DNA of 58,458 nt from Minisyncoccota bacterium (GCA_035547315.1 DASZVH010000001.1:1-58458); one strand, 5' to 3'. Shown: positions 8,987-18,614, counted from the stretch's first letter. Made by a program: numbers and translations. The notes: a model not told the origin generated them from the sequence alone.

Positions 8987-9588
8987 AGCGACTGGTCGCG
9001 CAGGTTGCGCAGCGTCGCCTCGCCCGAGAGGGTGAAGGCGACCGGCGCGCGATTGATATTGACGTCCACCACCACCGTCGTCTCGACCGAAGCGACCTCC
9101 GCGATGTCGACCGGCGCGGAGAGGGGCGTGCCCGAAGCATCGTAATAGGTGAAGACGGGCGCGTCGGCGCCGTTGGTGACATAGCTCGCGATGGTAGTGG
9201 TCGCGGTGGCGCCGCCGGCGTACGAGGAGCTGGCAGGCTCGACGACCGCCGCGTAGAGCACGCCCTGCGCCACCGCGTAGGTGACCTGCTCGATCGTGCC
9301 GCCGCCGTCCAGGTCGGCGAAGAAGGTGATCGAGGAGGTCGCGGCGCTCTTGATCGGGTAGGAGCCGTCCGCGCCGTAGGAGGCCTCGCGCAGCGCGCGC
9401 ATGGAGTCGTCGAGCGCGCGCCGCGCGCTCGCGACCGCCTGCGACTCCTGGAGCGCGTAGGAGTCGGTAGCGTAGAAGTAGCGGAGGAGCTGGCCGATAG
9501 CGAGCGAGACGAGCGCGGTGAGGGCGATCGCCATGACGGTCTCGACCAGAGTGAAGCCCTTCGTCCGGCGCAGAGGAAAGCTTTTCAT
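8983..9588 (-). CDS. Prepilin-type minor pilin (PilW/GspJ-like)
   Basis: MKSFPLRRTKG-FTLVETVMAIAL class III signal peptide. Confidence 0.85.
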   Translation of the reverse strand: MKSFPLRRTKGFTLVETVMAIALTALVSLAIGQLLRYFYATDSYALQESQAVASARRALDDSMRALREASYGADGSYPIKSAATSSITFFADLDGGGTIEQVTYAVAQGVLYAAVVEPASSSYAGGATATTTIASYVTNGADAPVFTYYDASGTPLSAPVDIAEVASVETTVVVDVNINRAPVAFTLSGEATLRNLRDQSL

Positions 9589-10874
9589 GGGAAGGAGACG
9601 GCCGAGAAGGTCTGCCCCGAGACGGCGACCGACGAGCTCGCGCTCGCGTAGCCCGCGGCCGAGGCGGTGGCGACGTAGGTCGCGGACGCCAGGCCGCCGA
9701 AGTACGCGTTCCCGCACGAGCTCGTCGTCGCCGTCTCCTCGAAGCCGCTGCCGGCGAGCTCGACGGCCGCGCCCGCGACCGGCTGCCCGGCGGCGTCCGC
9801 GACCGTGAGTAGGAGCGCGTTGGCCGTCGAGCTCGCCAGATACAGCGCCGCGGAGAAGCTCTCGGCCGGCGAGAGCGCGTAGGGCGGCGCCGGGCAGGCG
9901 TCCGCGATGTCGTAACCGGGAGCGGCGAGCGCGTAGTCGTCCCACTCGAGCGATTCGTGGTCGGCTCCCGCGCCGTCGGTCGAGAGGTCGAGCGCGTTCT
10001 TGTAGATCGGCGCGCCCGCCGCGGTGGTGCCGATGGTCTTGGCGCCCGTGAGCGTATACGCCGCGTCGGCGAGCGCGGTCGAAGTGCCCGCGTAGTAGGT
10101 ATAGAGCGAGAAGGAAGCGAGGCGGTCGATCGCGAAGGTCCCGGTCGTGGTATCGTCCTTGGCGACGGTGAAATAGCCGGGCGAGGGGTTCGCATTCTCG
10201 CCGTCGCGCGCATACGTCTGCGCCGAGGAGTACCCGGCTTTGGCGACGTAGACCTGGTATTGGGCGGAGGGCAAGGCGCCGGGCAGTTCGACCCGGCCGC
10301 TCGCGTCCGTGTACGCGGTGAGGTCGACCGCGGGCGTGAGCGAGGCGTCGACGATATGCACGCTCGCGTCGGGGATGCCCGCGCCCGCCGCGTCGACGAC
10401 CTCAATCTCGAGCGTGCCGCCGCCGTCGGTGTTCTCGATCCCGGGCGGGGCGAAGGTGGAGACGAGCGCGATCTCCTCGGGCGTGCCGTAGAAGCTCCAA
10501 GAGACGCTCACTCGCGCGATTTTATAGTCGGTGGTGATCCCGTTCGTGTCGCTCGCGCCCGTGCCGTCGGCCGGGTCGTCGGCGTACTCGATGAACGTGC
10601 TCACGGCATAGGCGACGCCGTCGACGGTGCTCGCGCTTCGCTGCGCGACGGGGCCGGCGGGGATCCCGCCCTCCGTGCCGAGCGTGTCGTAGTCGAGGCC
10701 GCGCAGGTATTCCATCTGATTCTCGGCCAGCGCGGTCGCCGCCGCCTTGGTCTTGGCGAGCGCGGAGACGGCGAGCGAGGCTTTGAGCACGCCGAAGAGC
10801 GCGAGGAAAAGGATGAGAAGCAGCGCGACGCCCACGACGACGTCGATGAGGCTCATGCCGCGCGCCTTCCCCAT
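9585..10874 (-). CDS. Prepilin-type minor pilin (PilV/GspI-like) with C-terminal Ig/carboxypeptidase-regulatory-like domains
   Basis: MGKARG-MSLIDVVVG; repeats V.DAAG..I/V.GA.V.I...T...G. Confidence 0.78.
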   Translation of the reverse strand: MGKARGMSLIDVVVGVALLLILFLALFGVLKASLAVSALAKTKAAATALAENQMEYLRGLDYDTLGTEGGIPAGPVAQRSASTVDGVAYAVSTFIEYADDPADGTGASDTNGITTDYKIARVSVSWSFYGTPEEIALVSTFAPPGIENTDGGGTLEIEVVDAAGAGIPDASVHIVDASLTPAVDLTAYTDASGRVELPGALPSAQYQVYVAKAGYSSAQTYARDGENANPSPGYFTVAKDDTTTGTFAIDRLASFSLYTYYAGTSTALADAAYTLTGAKTIGTTAAGAPIYKNALDLSTDGAGADHESLEWDDYALAAPGYDIADACPAPPYALSPAESFSAALYLASSTANALLLTVADAAGQPVAGAAVELAGSGFEETATTSSCGNAYFGGLASATYVATASAAGYASASSSVAVSGQTFSAVSFP

Positions 10875-10876
10875 AC

Positions 10877-12091
10877 TCAGCCGATCGCCGATGAGAGCGA
10901 GTAGATCGGCGCGATCATCGAGACCGCGAAGACGCCCACCGCCGCGCCGATAAAGAGCATCAGCACGGGCTCGATGATCGTCGAGAGATCTTTGGTGCGC
11001 TCCTCGACGTCTTCTTCGTAGAACTCCGCGATCTTCTTCAGCATATCGGCGACCGAGCCAGTCTCCTCTCCGACCGCGGCCATGTCGCTCATGAGGACGG
11101 GATAGAGCTTGGGGTGCGCGGCGAACGCGCTCGACATCGGCTGGCCCTTCTCGACCGCGTCCTTGGCCTCGCCCACCACGCGGCCGAAGACGTTCTCTCC
11201 CACCACCTCGCTCGCGATCGCGAGCGCCTCGACCACCGGCACGCCCGAGGAGAGGAGCGAGGAGAGTGTGCGCGCGGCGCGCGCGGCGAAGGTCTCGCGC
11301 ACGAGCTCGCCCACGACCGGGACATAGAGCGCGAGCGCGAGCACCGCCTTCTTTCCCGGCCGCGAGCGGACGAAGAGCACGAGTCCCGCGCCCAAGAACG
11401 CGAGGCCGCCGAGCACCAGCGCCACGTGCGCGACCATGAAGTTCGAGACGTCGGTGATGATCCGGGTCGCGAGCGGCACCTTGACCTTGAGCGAGACGAA
11501 GGTGGCGGTCAGGGTCGGAACGACAAAGATCATCATGAGCACACCCACCACGAGGATCGCGGAGACGACGATGGCCGGGTAGATCATCGCGCCCTTGACC
11601 TTGCGGATGAGCGCGTTGCCGCGCTCCATCTGCAGCGCCACCACCGCGAGCGCGGGCGCGAGGCCGCCGGACTCCTCTCCCGCCTTGACCATCGAGATGA
11701 AGAGCTCGGAGAAGAGCTTGCGGTGCTTGCGGAGCGCCTCGTTGAAGGAGGAGCCCTGCTTCACCGATTCCTCGACGTCGGCGAGTATCGCCTTGAGCCG
11801 CTTGTTGCCGGATTGCCGCTCGAGGACCGAGAGCGCGCGTGAGAGCGAGAGCCCCGCCGAGAGCATCGCCGAGAGATTCTTGGTCATGATGATGAGCTCG
11901 GTCTCCTTGACCCCGGTGCCGAAGGTGATGTCGAGCCAGGAAGGCAGCGCGAAGCCGCCGCCCTGCGCGAGGGCGCTCACCGTGCCGCCCTCTTTCTCCA
12001 CCTGGTCATAGACCGCGAAGCGCGAGGCCGCCTCGATGACGCGCTTTTCCGCGCTGCCGTCCGCCTTCTTCACCGTGACGCGGAATTTCAT
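10877..12091 (-). CDS. pilC: Type IV pilus platform protein PilC (T2SSF)
   Basis: LSAMLSAGL, GEESGGL, YP, LLSSGVP, GEETG, IEP. Confidence 0.95.
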   Translation of the reverse strand: MKFRVTVKKADGSAEKRVIEAASRFAVYDQVEKEGGTVSALAQGGGFALPSWLDITFGTGVKETELIIMTKNLSAMLSAGLSLSRALSVLERQSGNKRLKAILADVEESVKQGSSFNEALRKHRKLFSELFISMVKAGEESGGLAPALAVVALQMERGNALIRKVKGAMIYPAIVVSAILVVGVLMMIFVVPTLTATFVSLKVKVPLATRIITDVSNFMVAHVALVLGGLAFLGAGLVLFVRSRPGKKAVLALALYVPVVGELVRETFAARAARTLSSLLSSGVPVVEALAIASEVVGENVFGRVVGEAKDAVEKGQPMSSAFAAHPKLYPVLMSDMAAVGEETGSVADMLKKIAEFYEEDVEERTKDLSTIIEPVLMLFIGAAVGVFAVSMIAPIYSLSSAIG

Positions 12092-12120
12092 TCATATAAA
12101 TCGTAGCACGCGCGACAACG

Positions 12121-12153
12121 AGCCCCGCGTCCTCGAGAGAGGAGCGCGGGGCT
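12121..12153 (-). terminator. GC-rich hairpin, probable terminator
   Basis: AGCCCCGCG...CGCGGGGCT stem just downstream of 12163..12510. Confidence 0.55.
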
Positions 12154-12162
12154 AAGGCGTGC

Positions 12163-12510
12163 TTAGTGTCCGTGGGCGGCCGAGCGCGCCTTGCGCAGCA
12201 GCAGCGGCGCCCAACCGGCGAGGGCGAAGAGCGCCGCCGCCAGGGCGAAGCGGAGCGTGGGGTCGAGCCCCGCATGACGCGGAAGCACGGCCACCATCAC
12301 GACGGCAACGCTCAGCACCATGGTCGTGGTGCTGGCGAAGTTGACGCCCTCGCTCGAGGTCGGCTTGCCCAGATAGAACGCCGGCGTCCCGACGCCGGCG
12401 CATAACGCGAGCAGCAGCGCTTCGAAGCGCGGCCCGCACAGCGCCCAGGCGACCGCTACATAGGTCGCGGCGATCGCCGCGATCACAAGCGCATTCCAGA
12501 TTATTCTCAT
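12163..12510 (-). CDS. Hypothetical small membrane protein
   Basis: 115 aa, about four hydrophobic segments; GGAGG 7 nt before ATG. Confidence 0.65.
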   Translation of the reverse strand: MRIIWNALVIAAIAATYVAVAWALCGPRFEALLLALCAGVGTPAFYLGKPTSSEGVNFASTTTMVLSVAVVMVAVLPRHAGLDPTLRFALAAALFALAGWAPLLLRKARSAAHGH

Positions 12511-12617
12511 TCAGTTCCTCCAATGAGCAGCGCCGAAGGCTTCGGCGCGTTCCTCCTCTCGCACCGTACCGCTCGCGGTGTCATATGTCAAACTGGGGAC
12601 AACCTACGGGGCCGGCA

Positions 12618-12812
12618 TCAAAGCCGGCCCCTCTCGCGCCAGCCCGCGCAGCGGAAGAGCGCGCTCCCGAACAAGAACGCGCCGACCATATACGGCCATC
12701 CGTGGGCCAGGATCGGCCGGTACTCCTGGGCGTGCGTCCCGAGGAACGCAAGGCCCAGTACCACGAGCATCATCGCGGGCGCGACGATGAGCATGGCGCC
12801 TAGTGATCTCAT
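12618..12812 (-). CDS. Hypothetical small membrane protein (2 TM)
   Basis: MRSLGAMLIVAPAMMLVVLGLAF...WPYMVGAFLFG; GGAG 8 nt before ATG. Confidence 0.45.
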   Translation of the reverse strand: MRSLGAMLIVAPAMMLVVLGLAFLGTHAQEYRPILAHGWPYMVGAFLFGSALFRCAGWRERGRL

Positions 12813-12848
12813 GCGCGTCACTCCATGTTCCTCCAAGCGATAAGCATA

Positions 12849-12871
12849 GCGCCGCTTCGCGGAAGCGGCGC
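12849..12871 (-). terminator. Hairpin after rpsG
   Basis: GCGCCGCTT-CGCGG-AAGCGGCGC, 20 nt past the rpsG stop. Confidence 0.55.
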
Positions 12872-12891
12872 CGTAATCCACAGTATTCGAA

Positions 12892-13356
12892 TTACCAGGC
12901 GAAGTGGGCGAAGGCCTTGTTCGCGTCGGCCATGCGGTGCATCTCGTCCTTCTTCTTGATGGCCTCCCCCTCGTTCTTGGCGGCGAGCGCGAGCTCCTCG
13001 GCGAGCTTGATCGCCATCGGACGCCCCTTCTTGCCGCGGGCGGCGCCGATGATCCAGCGGTAGGCGAGCGCCAGGCGCCGGTTCTGTGGCACCTCGCGCG
13101 GTACTTGGTAGTTGGCGCCTCCGACGCGGCGGCTCCGAACCTCCATCAGGGGCGAGACGTTGCGGATCGCCGCCTCGAAAGTCTCGAGCGGGTCGGCGCC
13201 GTCACCTTTCATCCGGGCGAAGGCGGCGTAGACCACCTTGCGGGCGGTGTCCTTCTTCCCGTCCCACATGACGGCGTTGATAAAACGGGTTACGCCCTCC
13301 GACTTGTACTCCGGATCGGGCTGCCAGCTGCGCTTCTTCTTGATGGGGCGGCGCAT
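12892..13356 (-). CDS. rpsG: 30S ribosomal protein S7
   Basis: GKKDTARKVVY, SRRVGGANYQVP, MADANKAFAHF. Confidence 0.98.
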   Translation of the reverse strand: MRRPIKKKRSWQPDPEYKSEGVTRFINAVMWDGKKDTARKVVYAAFARMKGDGADPLETFEAAIRNVSPLMEVRSRRVGGANYQVPREVPQNRRLALAYRWIIGAARGKKGRPMAIKLAEELALAAKNEGEAIKKKDEMHRMADANKAFAHFAW

Positions 13357-13361
13357 AGGGA

Positions 13362-13769
13362 TTATTTGGGCTTCTTCGCGCCGTAGCGGGAGCGGCCGCG
13401 GCGGCGTTTCTCTATGCCGGCGGTGTCGAGCTTGCCGCGCACGATCGTGTACTGCACGCCGATGTCCTTCACGCGGCCGCCGCGCAGCAGCACCACCGAG
13501 TGCTCCTGGAGGTTGTGGCCCTCGCCCGGGATATACGCGGTGACCTCCATGCCGTTGCTGAGGCGCACGCGCGCGATCTTGCGGATCGCCGAGTTCGGCT
13601 TGCGGGGCGTCTTGGTGGTGACCTTGGTGCAGACCCCGCGCTTGAAAGGGGCGGCGTAGTAGGTCGGGCGGTTCTTGAGTACGTTAAAGCCGCGACCAAG
13701 CGCCAAGACCTTGGTCTTGCGCTGCTTGTCCTTGCGGTGCTTCTTGGTGAGCTGGTTGATGGTAGACAT
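13362..13769 (-). CDS. rpsL: 30S ribosomal protein S12
   Basis: [38 protein letters not shown]. Confidence 0.98.
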   Translation of the reverse strand: MSTINQLTKKHRKDKQRKTKVLALGRGFNVLKNRPTYYAAPFKRGVCTKVTTKTPRKPNSAIRKIARVRLSNGMEVTAYIPGEGHNLQEHSVVLLRGGRVKDIGVQYTIVRGKLDTAGIEKRRRGRSRYGAKKPK

Positions 13770-13815
13770 GTAAAAACGACCCGAGCGCGCCTCCCGGCAG
13801 GCAGGGGTCGAGGCC

Positions 13816-13844
13816 ACTATATAGAGGTATGGCCGGAAATGCAA
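13816..13844 (-). promoter_or_regulatory. Sigma70-like promoter of rpsL-rpsG
   Basis: TTGCAT-N17-TATAGT on the minus strand. Confidence 0.6.
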
Positions 13845-13850
13845 CCGTCG

Positions 13851-15599
13851 CTACTCCGAGACCGCCCGCAGGACCTCCTCGAGCGAAGTGACGCCGCGCG
13901 CCGCTTTGTAGAGGCCGTCCTCGAGCATGGTGAGCATGCCCTCCTTGCGCGCCTCCTCTTCGATAGCGTCGGTGGTGCTCTGCTTGAGCATGATCTCGCG
14001 CAGCGCGGGCGAGACAGCGAGCACTTCGTGGATGCCGATGCGGCTCTTGTAGCCGTCCTCGCACTCGCCCGAGGGCACCGGGCGGTAGAAGGAGAGATCC
14101 TCAACACGCGCCTTCTCCTTGACGATCTTTTCCTCCCGCAGCGCCTTGAGCGCCGCGACGAAGTGGTCCGCGCCCGCCACCTTGTCCGCCGCCGCCTGGT
14201 CGAGATGGTACTCCTCCTTGCTCTCGCAGAGGCGGCGCACCAGGCGCTGGCCGACGATCACCTTGAGCGTTGAGACGAGGAGGAAGGGCTCGACGCCCAT
14301 GTCGACGAGGCGCGGGATGGCGCCGGCGGCGGAGTTGGTGTGGATGGTGGAGAGCACGAGGTGGCCGGTGAGCGCCGCGTTGATGGCGAGCGAGGCCGTT
14401 TCGCCGTCGCGGATCTCGCCGACCATGACGATGTTCGGGTCCTGGCGCAAAAGCGCCCGCAGCCCGTTCGCGAAGGTGAAGCCGATCGCCGGGTTGACCT
14501 GCGTCTGGTTGACGCGCTTCATCTGGTACTCGATCGGGTCCTCGATGGTCGAGATGTTGACGTCGGGCGTGTTCAGGATGTCGAGGATGGTGTAGAGCGT
14601 GGTCGTCTTGCCGCTCCCGGTCGGCCCGGAGATGAGGATGATGCCGGTGGTCTGCTTGATGGCGCGGTGGATGCGCTCCAAGTTCTCGCCGTGGAAGCCC
14701 AAGGCGTCGAGCGAGAACCCCTCGCCGCTCTCGCGCAGAAGGCGCATCACGATCTTCTCGCCGAAGAAGGTCGGCAGCACCGAGACGCGGAAGGAGACGC
14801 GCATGCCCTCGGTCTCCATCTTGAAGCGGCCGTCCTGCGGCAGGCGCTTCTCGTCGAGCTTCAGGCTCGAGAGCACCTTGATGCGCGCGACGATGCCCGC
14901 GGCGGCGGCGGGCGGCAGCGTCATCGCGTCGTGGAGGATGCCGTCGATGCGGTAGCGGACCAGGACCTGTTCCTCCTCTGGCTCGATATGGATATCGGAG
15001 GCGCCCTGGACGATCGCATGGCGGAGCAGGGTGTCCACGATGCGCACGATCGGGAGATCCTCGGCCATCTGCTTGAGCTCCGCGCCGGAGAGCTCTTTCC
15101 CCTTCTCTCCCACCACCCTGATCTTGCCCGACTCGCTCGCGATGATGTCGCCGAACTCGTCCTTGAGGGACTTCTGGTACTGCACCAGGGCGTGCTTGAG
15201 CGAATCGGTGTCGGTCAGGCGCGGCAATATCTTGAGGCCGGTCGACTTGCGCACCGAGTCGATCGAGGGGAGGTCCTCGACGTCGAGCATCGCGACCTCG
15301 AGCGAGTCGCCCTCTTTCTTGTACGCGACGATGTTATGAGTGCGGGCGATCGGCTCCGGGATGAGCGCCAGCGTCTCGGGCGGGATCTTGTGCTCCTTGA
15401 GGTTAACGAAGGGGATGCCGAGCGTGTAGGCCTGGATGCGCCGCAGCGCGTCCTCGGAGAGCGAGCCGCGCGAGACGAGCGTGTCGCCGAGCGGCATACC
15501 CCGCCCCTTGGCGTCTTCGGCCGCCGCGTCGATCTCCTTCTTGGCCACGAGGCCCGAGTCGATGATGAAATCCTTCAGCTCTCCCTCTGAAACGTGCAT
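13851..15599 (-). CDS. pilB: Type IV pilus assembly ATPase PilB/GspE
   Basis: ASDIHIEP, RLPQDGR, GPTGSGKTTTLY, TIEDPIEY, LRQDPN..MVGEIRD, TGHLVLSTIH. Start taken at MHVSEG. Confidence 0.96.
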   Translation of the reverse strand: MHVSEGELKDFIIDSGLVAKKEIDAAAEDAKGRGMPLGDTLVSRGSLSEDALRRIQAYTLGIPFVNLKEHKIPPETLALIPEPIARTHNIVAYKKEGDSLEVAMLDVEDLPSIDSVRKSTGLKILPRLTDTDSLKHALVQYQKSLKDEFGDIIASESGKIRVVGEKGKELSGAELKQMAEDLPIVRIVDTLLRHAIVQGASDIHIEPEEEQVLVRYRIDGILHDAMTLPPAAAAGIVARIKVLSSLKLDEKRLPQDGRFKMETEGMRVSFRVSVLPTFFGEKIVMRLLRESGEGFSLDALGFHGENLERIHRAIKQTTGIILISGPTGSGKTTTLYTILDILNTPDVNISTIEDPIEYQMKRVNQTQVNPAIGFTFANGLRALLRQDPNIVMVGEIRDGETASLAINAALTGHLVLSTIHTNSAAGAIPRLVDMGVEPFLLVSTLKVIVGQRLVRRLCESKEEYHLDQAAADKVAGADHFVAALKALREEKIVKEKARVEDLSFYRPVPSGECEDGYKSRIGIHEVLAVSPALREIMLKQSTTDAIEEEARKEGMLTMLEDGLYKAARGVTSLEEVLRAVSE

Positions 15600-15651
15600 G
15601 GATAAAAGTATAGCGCGCCGAGACTGTGTCTCGACGCGCTGCTGGTGAGAA

Positions 15652-16260
15652 CTATGCGGCAGTAACGGCGTCCCGGATCCGCCTTGCTTCTTTCCAAGGG
15701 TCGTCATGCTCCGCAGGATGCGCATGCCAGACTCGTGCACTCAACACATCGCAGGAGTGGCAGAAGCCAGCAAGCTCGTTCATCACGCGCCTTCTCGGGC
15801 TGTAGTCCGCCATCTCTCCTTCGACGTATTTGAGGGCGTTCATTTGAGCATCGGTCAGGACGATATTGTATTCGCGGAGTTTTGCGAGGCGGAATGTGTG
15901 GTCATCCTGCTTCCCTGCAAATTCCGGCTTGTGATGGAGCTGTCCGTCCGGCCGAAGCTCATATTTCCACGGCTTCTCAATGTCGTGGAGAAAAAGAATC
16001 AGGACCGCATCACCGAGCGTGAAGGGCAGCGGCCGACGCTTATTCATCCACTCGTATTGGTTGCTGGCGATGTTCAGTATCTCCTGAACATGGTCGAAAT
16101 AACCTCCAGGCCAATTTTGATGGTTATTGGTCGAACCCTGCGCCTTTTGGAAAAGCGCGCGATAATACTTGAGGATTTGGAGACACGCCTGGTTCTGGTC
16201 GTAATCCGCAATTTCTTCAAGCATCTCCTCGATTGTGTAGTACGGCTTATCGGAAGCCAT
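15652..16260 (-). CDS. HD-domain phosphohydrolase-like protein
   Basis: GSTNNHQNWPGGYFDH, LHDIEK and C-terminal HSCD; GAGGTG before ATG; AT-richer than flanks. Confidence 0.7.
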   Translation of the reverse strand: MASDKPYYTIEEMLEEIADYDQNQACLQILKYYRALFQKAQGSTNNHQNWPGGYFDHVQEILNIASNQYEWMNKRRPLPFTLGDAVLILFLHDIEKPWKYELRPDGQLHHKPEFAGKQDDHTFRLAKLREYNIVLTDAQMNALKYVEGEMADYSPRRRVMNELAGFCHSCDVLSARVWHAHPAEHDDPWKEARRIRDAVTAA

Positions 16261-16310
16261 GAGTCACCTCTTTGTTAAAGAACCGCCGCCATCCTACCGC
16301 TTCCGCTTCA

Positions 16311-16339
16311 TTGACGCAATGGGGGAGAGGTGGTAGGGT
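16311..16339 (+). promoter_or_regulatory. Possible sigma70 promoter of nusA
   Basis: TTGACG-N17-TAGGGT. Confidence 0.4.
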
Positions 16340-16416
16340 AGCGGTATGTGAATGCCCGCGAGGGCATTTCTTTATTAAGGTAAGATTAGTGCTACATACA
16401 TAACCCATATCCCGCC

Positions 16417-17775
16417 ATGCTAGACCTCAAGACCATCAACGCAGTGCTCGGAGAATTCGAAGATCGCGGCATCTCGCGCGCGACCATGGTCGACGCTATC
16501 GAGAACGCGATGGCGACCGCCTACAAGAAGGAGTACGGTAAGCGCGGCCAGGTCATACGCGCCAAGCTCGACATGAACACGGGCACAATCTCATTCGAGC
16601 AGGTGAAGACGGTCGTGGACGACACGATGGTCCGTTTCCCAGAGGAAGGGGAAGAGGCTCCCGAGCTCCACGCGCACGGCGAGGAGGAGATCGTCGTGGA
16701 GGGCCAGCTCCCGCGCTGGGACAGCGAGAAGCACATGCTCCTCGAGAACGCGCGCCGCATCAAGCGCGATGCCGCCCTCGGCGAGGAGATCGTCTTCCCG
16801 CTCGAGCCGCAGGAGGATTTCGGGCGCATCGCGGCGCAGACGGCGAAGCAGGTCGTGATCCAGAAAGTACGCGAGGCGGAGAAGATGAGCATGCTCGAGG
16901 AGTTCGGCGAGAAGAAGGGCGAGATCGTCGGCGGGATCGTGCAGCGCATGGAGCGCGGCGCGCTCTTCATCGACCTCGGCCGCACGACCGGCCTCATCCC
17001 CTACGAGGAGCAGATCCCCGGCGAGCGCTATCGCCCGGGCGAGCGCATCCGCGCGTATCTCTACTCGGTCGACGAGGGCTTCCGCGGCGTCTATCTGCGC
17101 CTCTCGAGGGCGCACCCCAAGTTCGTCGTGAAGCTCTTCGAGCAGGAGGCGCCCGAGCTCGCCGCGGGCTCTATCGAGGTCAAAGGCATCGCGCGCGAGC
17201 CCGGGAGTCGCACCAAGATCGCGGTCGCCTCGCTCGACCCGCATGTCGACCCCGTCGGCGCGCTGGTCGGCCAACGCGGCGTGCGGGTCTCGACCGTGAT
17301 GGCCGCCTTGGGCGGCGAGCGCATCGACATCATCGAGTGGAGCGAGGATCCGGTCGCGTTCATCAAAGAGGCGCTCTCGCCTGCGACCGTGATCGACGTC
17401 ACGCTCGACGAAGCCGACCACCGCGCGACCGTTTCCGTCTCCGAGGACGAGCAGTCTCTCGCGATCGGCCGTGGCGGCCAGAACGTCCGTCTCGCGGCCA
17501 AGCTTACCGGCTGGAATATCGACATCGTCTCCTCGGGAGGCGCCTCAGTCGCGGGCTCGGACGGCGACTCGGTGGATATCACGCCTGTCGAAGAGGTAAA
17601 AGATCCTGCCGTCGAGGCGGGCGTGGACCCGGGCGAGGAGGATTCCATCATCACGACCGAGGAGCAGGGCGCGGCGGAGAGCCAGCTCCCGGCCGAGGAG
17701 GAAACGACCGAAGAGGACGGCGCGCCCGTCGTTGATCAACAGGAGTCGCGCGACAAAACGGCCGCGGACGAATAA
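16417..17775 (+). CDS. nusA: Transcription factor NusA with acidic C-terminal tail
   Basis: FGRIAAQTAKQV, AREPGSRTKIAV, AIGRGGQNVRLAAKLTGWNIDI. Confidence 0.98.
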   Translation: MLDLKTINAVLGEFEDRGISRATMVDAIENAMATAYKKEYGKRGQVIRAKLDMNTGTISFEQVKTVVDDTMVRFPEEGEEAPELHAHGEEEIVVEGQLPRWDSEKHMLLENARRIKRDAALGEEIVFPLEPQEDFGRIAAQTAKQVVIQKVREAEKMSMLEEFGEKKGEIVGGIVQRMERGALFIDLGRTTGLIPYEEQIPGERYRPGERIRAYLYSVDEGFRGVYLRLSRAHPKFVVKLFEQEAPELAAGSIEVKGIAREPGSRTKIAVASLDPHVDPVGALVGQRGVRVSTVMAALGGERIDIIEWSEDPVAFIKEALSPATVIDVTLDEADHRATVSVSEDEQSLAIGRGGQNVRLAAKLTGWNIDIVSSGGASVAGSDGDSVDITPVEEVKDPAVEAGVDPGEEDSIITTEEQGAAESQLPAEEETTEEDGAPVVDQQESRDKTAADE

Positions 17776-17784
17776 TATCTCTCT

Positions 17785-18303
17785 ATGAATCTCTACAATG
17801 GAATCGAGCCCGGAACCAAGGAGGAGATGAACGTCATCATCGAGAACCCCCGCGGCAGCAAGAATAAATACGAGGTCGACAAGAAGCTCGGCATCATCGC
17901 GCTCGACCGCGTCCTCCACACCGCGCAGGATTATCCCGTCGAATACGGCTACGTCCCGCAGACGCACTGGGACGACGGCGACGCGCTCGACGTGATCTTG
18001 CTGTCGACCTATCCCTTTACGCCCGGGGTGCTCGTCAAAGCCCGCCCGATCGGCGTGCTCAAGATGGTGGACGGCGGCGACAACGATGACAAAGTGCTCG
18101 GCGTGCCGGTGGGTGATCCGCGCTTCGCGCATATCAAGGATGTCGCGGACGTGAACCCGCATACGCTCAAGGAGATCGAGCATTTCTTCGCCGTCTACAA
18201 GCAGATCCAGAAGAAGGAAGTGATCGTGAAGGGGTTCGAGGGCCGGACCGCCGGCGAAGCCGCGTTCGAACGCGCGTGCCAGATGTACGCGGAGAAGAAA
18301 TAA
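17785..18303 (+). CDS. ppa: Inorganic pyrophosphatase (family I)
   Basis: KNKYE, YGYVPQT, DGDALD, DDK. Confidence 0.97.
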   Translation: MNLYNGIEPGTKEEMNVIIENPRGSKNKYEVDKKLGIIALDRVLHTAQDYPVEYGYVPQTHWDDGDALDVILLSTYPFTPGVLVKARPIGVLKMVDGGDNDDKVLGVPVGDPRFAHIKDVADVNPHTLKEIEHFFAVYKQIQKKEVIVKGFEGRTAGEAAFERACQMYAEKK

Positions 18304-18364
18304 TTCGCAGACGCAAAGCGCGCGGCGGCCTTTGGCCGCCGCGCGCATTGCTATAATCGCGGCA

Positions 18365-18592
18365 ATGGAATCGCCGCTGCCGCCCTACAAGCCCGACCCG
18401 GCCGAGGCGCCCGCCTCTCCCGCGCCGCGCCCGCTTATAACCGCGCCCTCGCCGCGCCGGCAGAGCTGGGGCGCGGTCATCTCGATGGTCATCATCGTGC
18501 TCATGATCGTGGTGGGCGCCTTCTACGCCTGGGGCAAGCGGATAGCGCAGGAGCGCGCCGTGCAGGAGGCGGCGAGTTCGACAGCGCGATAA
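18365..18592 (+). CDS. Small single-pass membrane protein
   Basis: Pro-rich N-terminus then [25 protein letters not shown]; TATAAT 7 nt before ATG. Confidence 0.65.
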   Translation: MESPLPPYKPDPAEAPASPAPRPLITAPSPRRQSWGAVISMVIIVLMIVVGAFYAWGKRIAQERAVQEAASSTAR

Positions 18593-18614
18593 TTCCTGCT
18601 ATCATCCGCGTACT

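Noticed and set aside
7577-10405. 942-aa ORF suggesting a giant pilin fusion
   Set aside because: Only the part from 8986 is protein-like. The upstream portion overlaps two real pilin genes in other frames.
12523-12843. 106-aa plus-strand ORF
   Set aside because: No start signal or motif. It overlaps a better minus-strand membrane ORF and a palindromic repeat.
16260-16417. Gene-strand switch as a replication origin
   Set aside because: No DnaA-box cluster or dnaA/dnaN nearby, and orientation switches again several times downstream.
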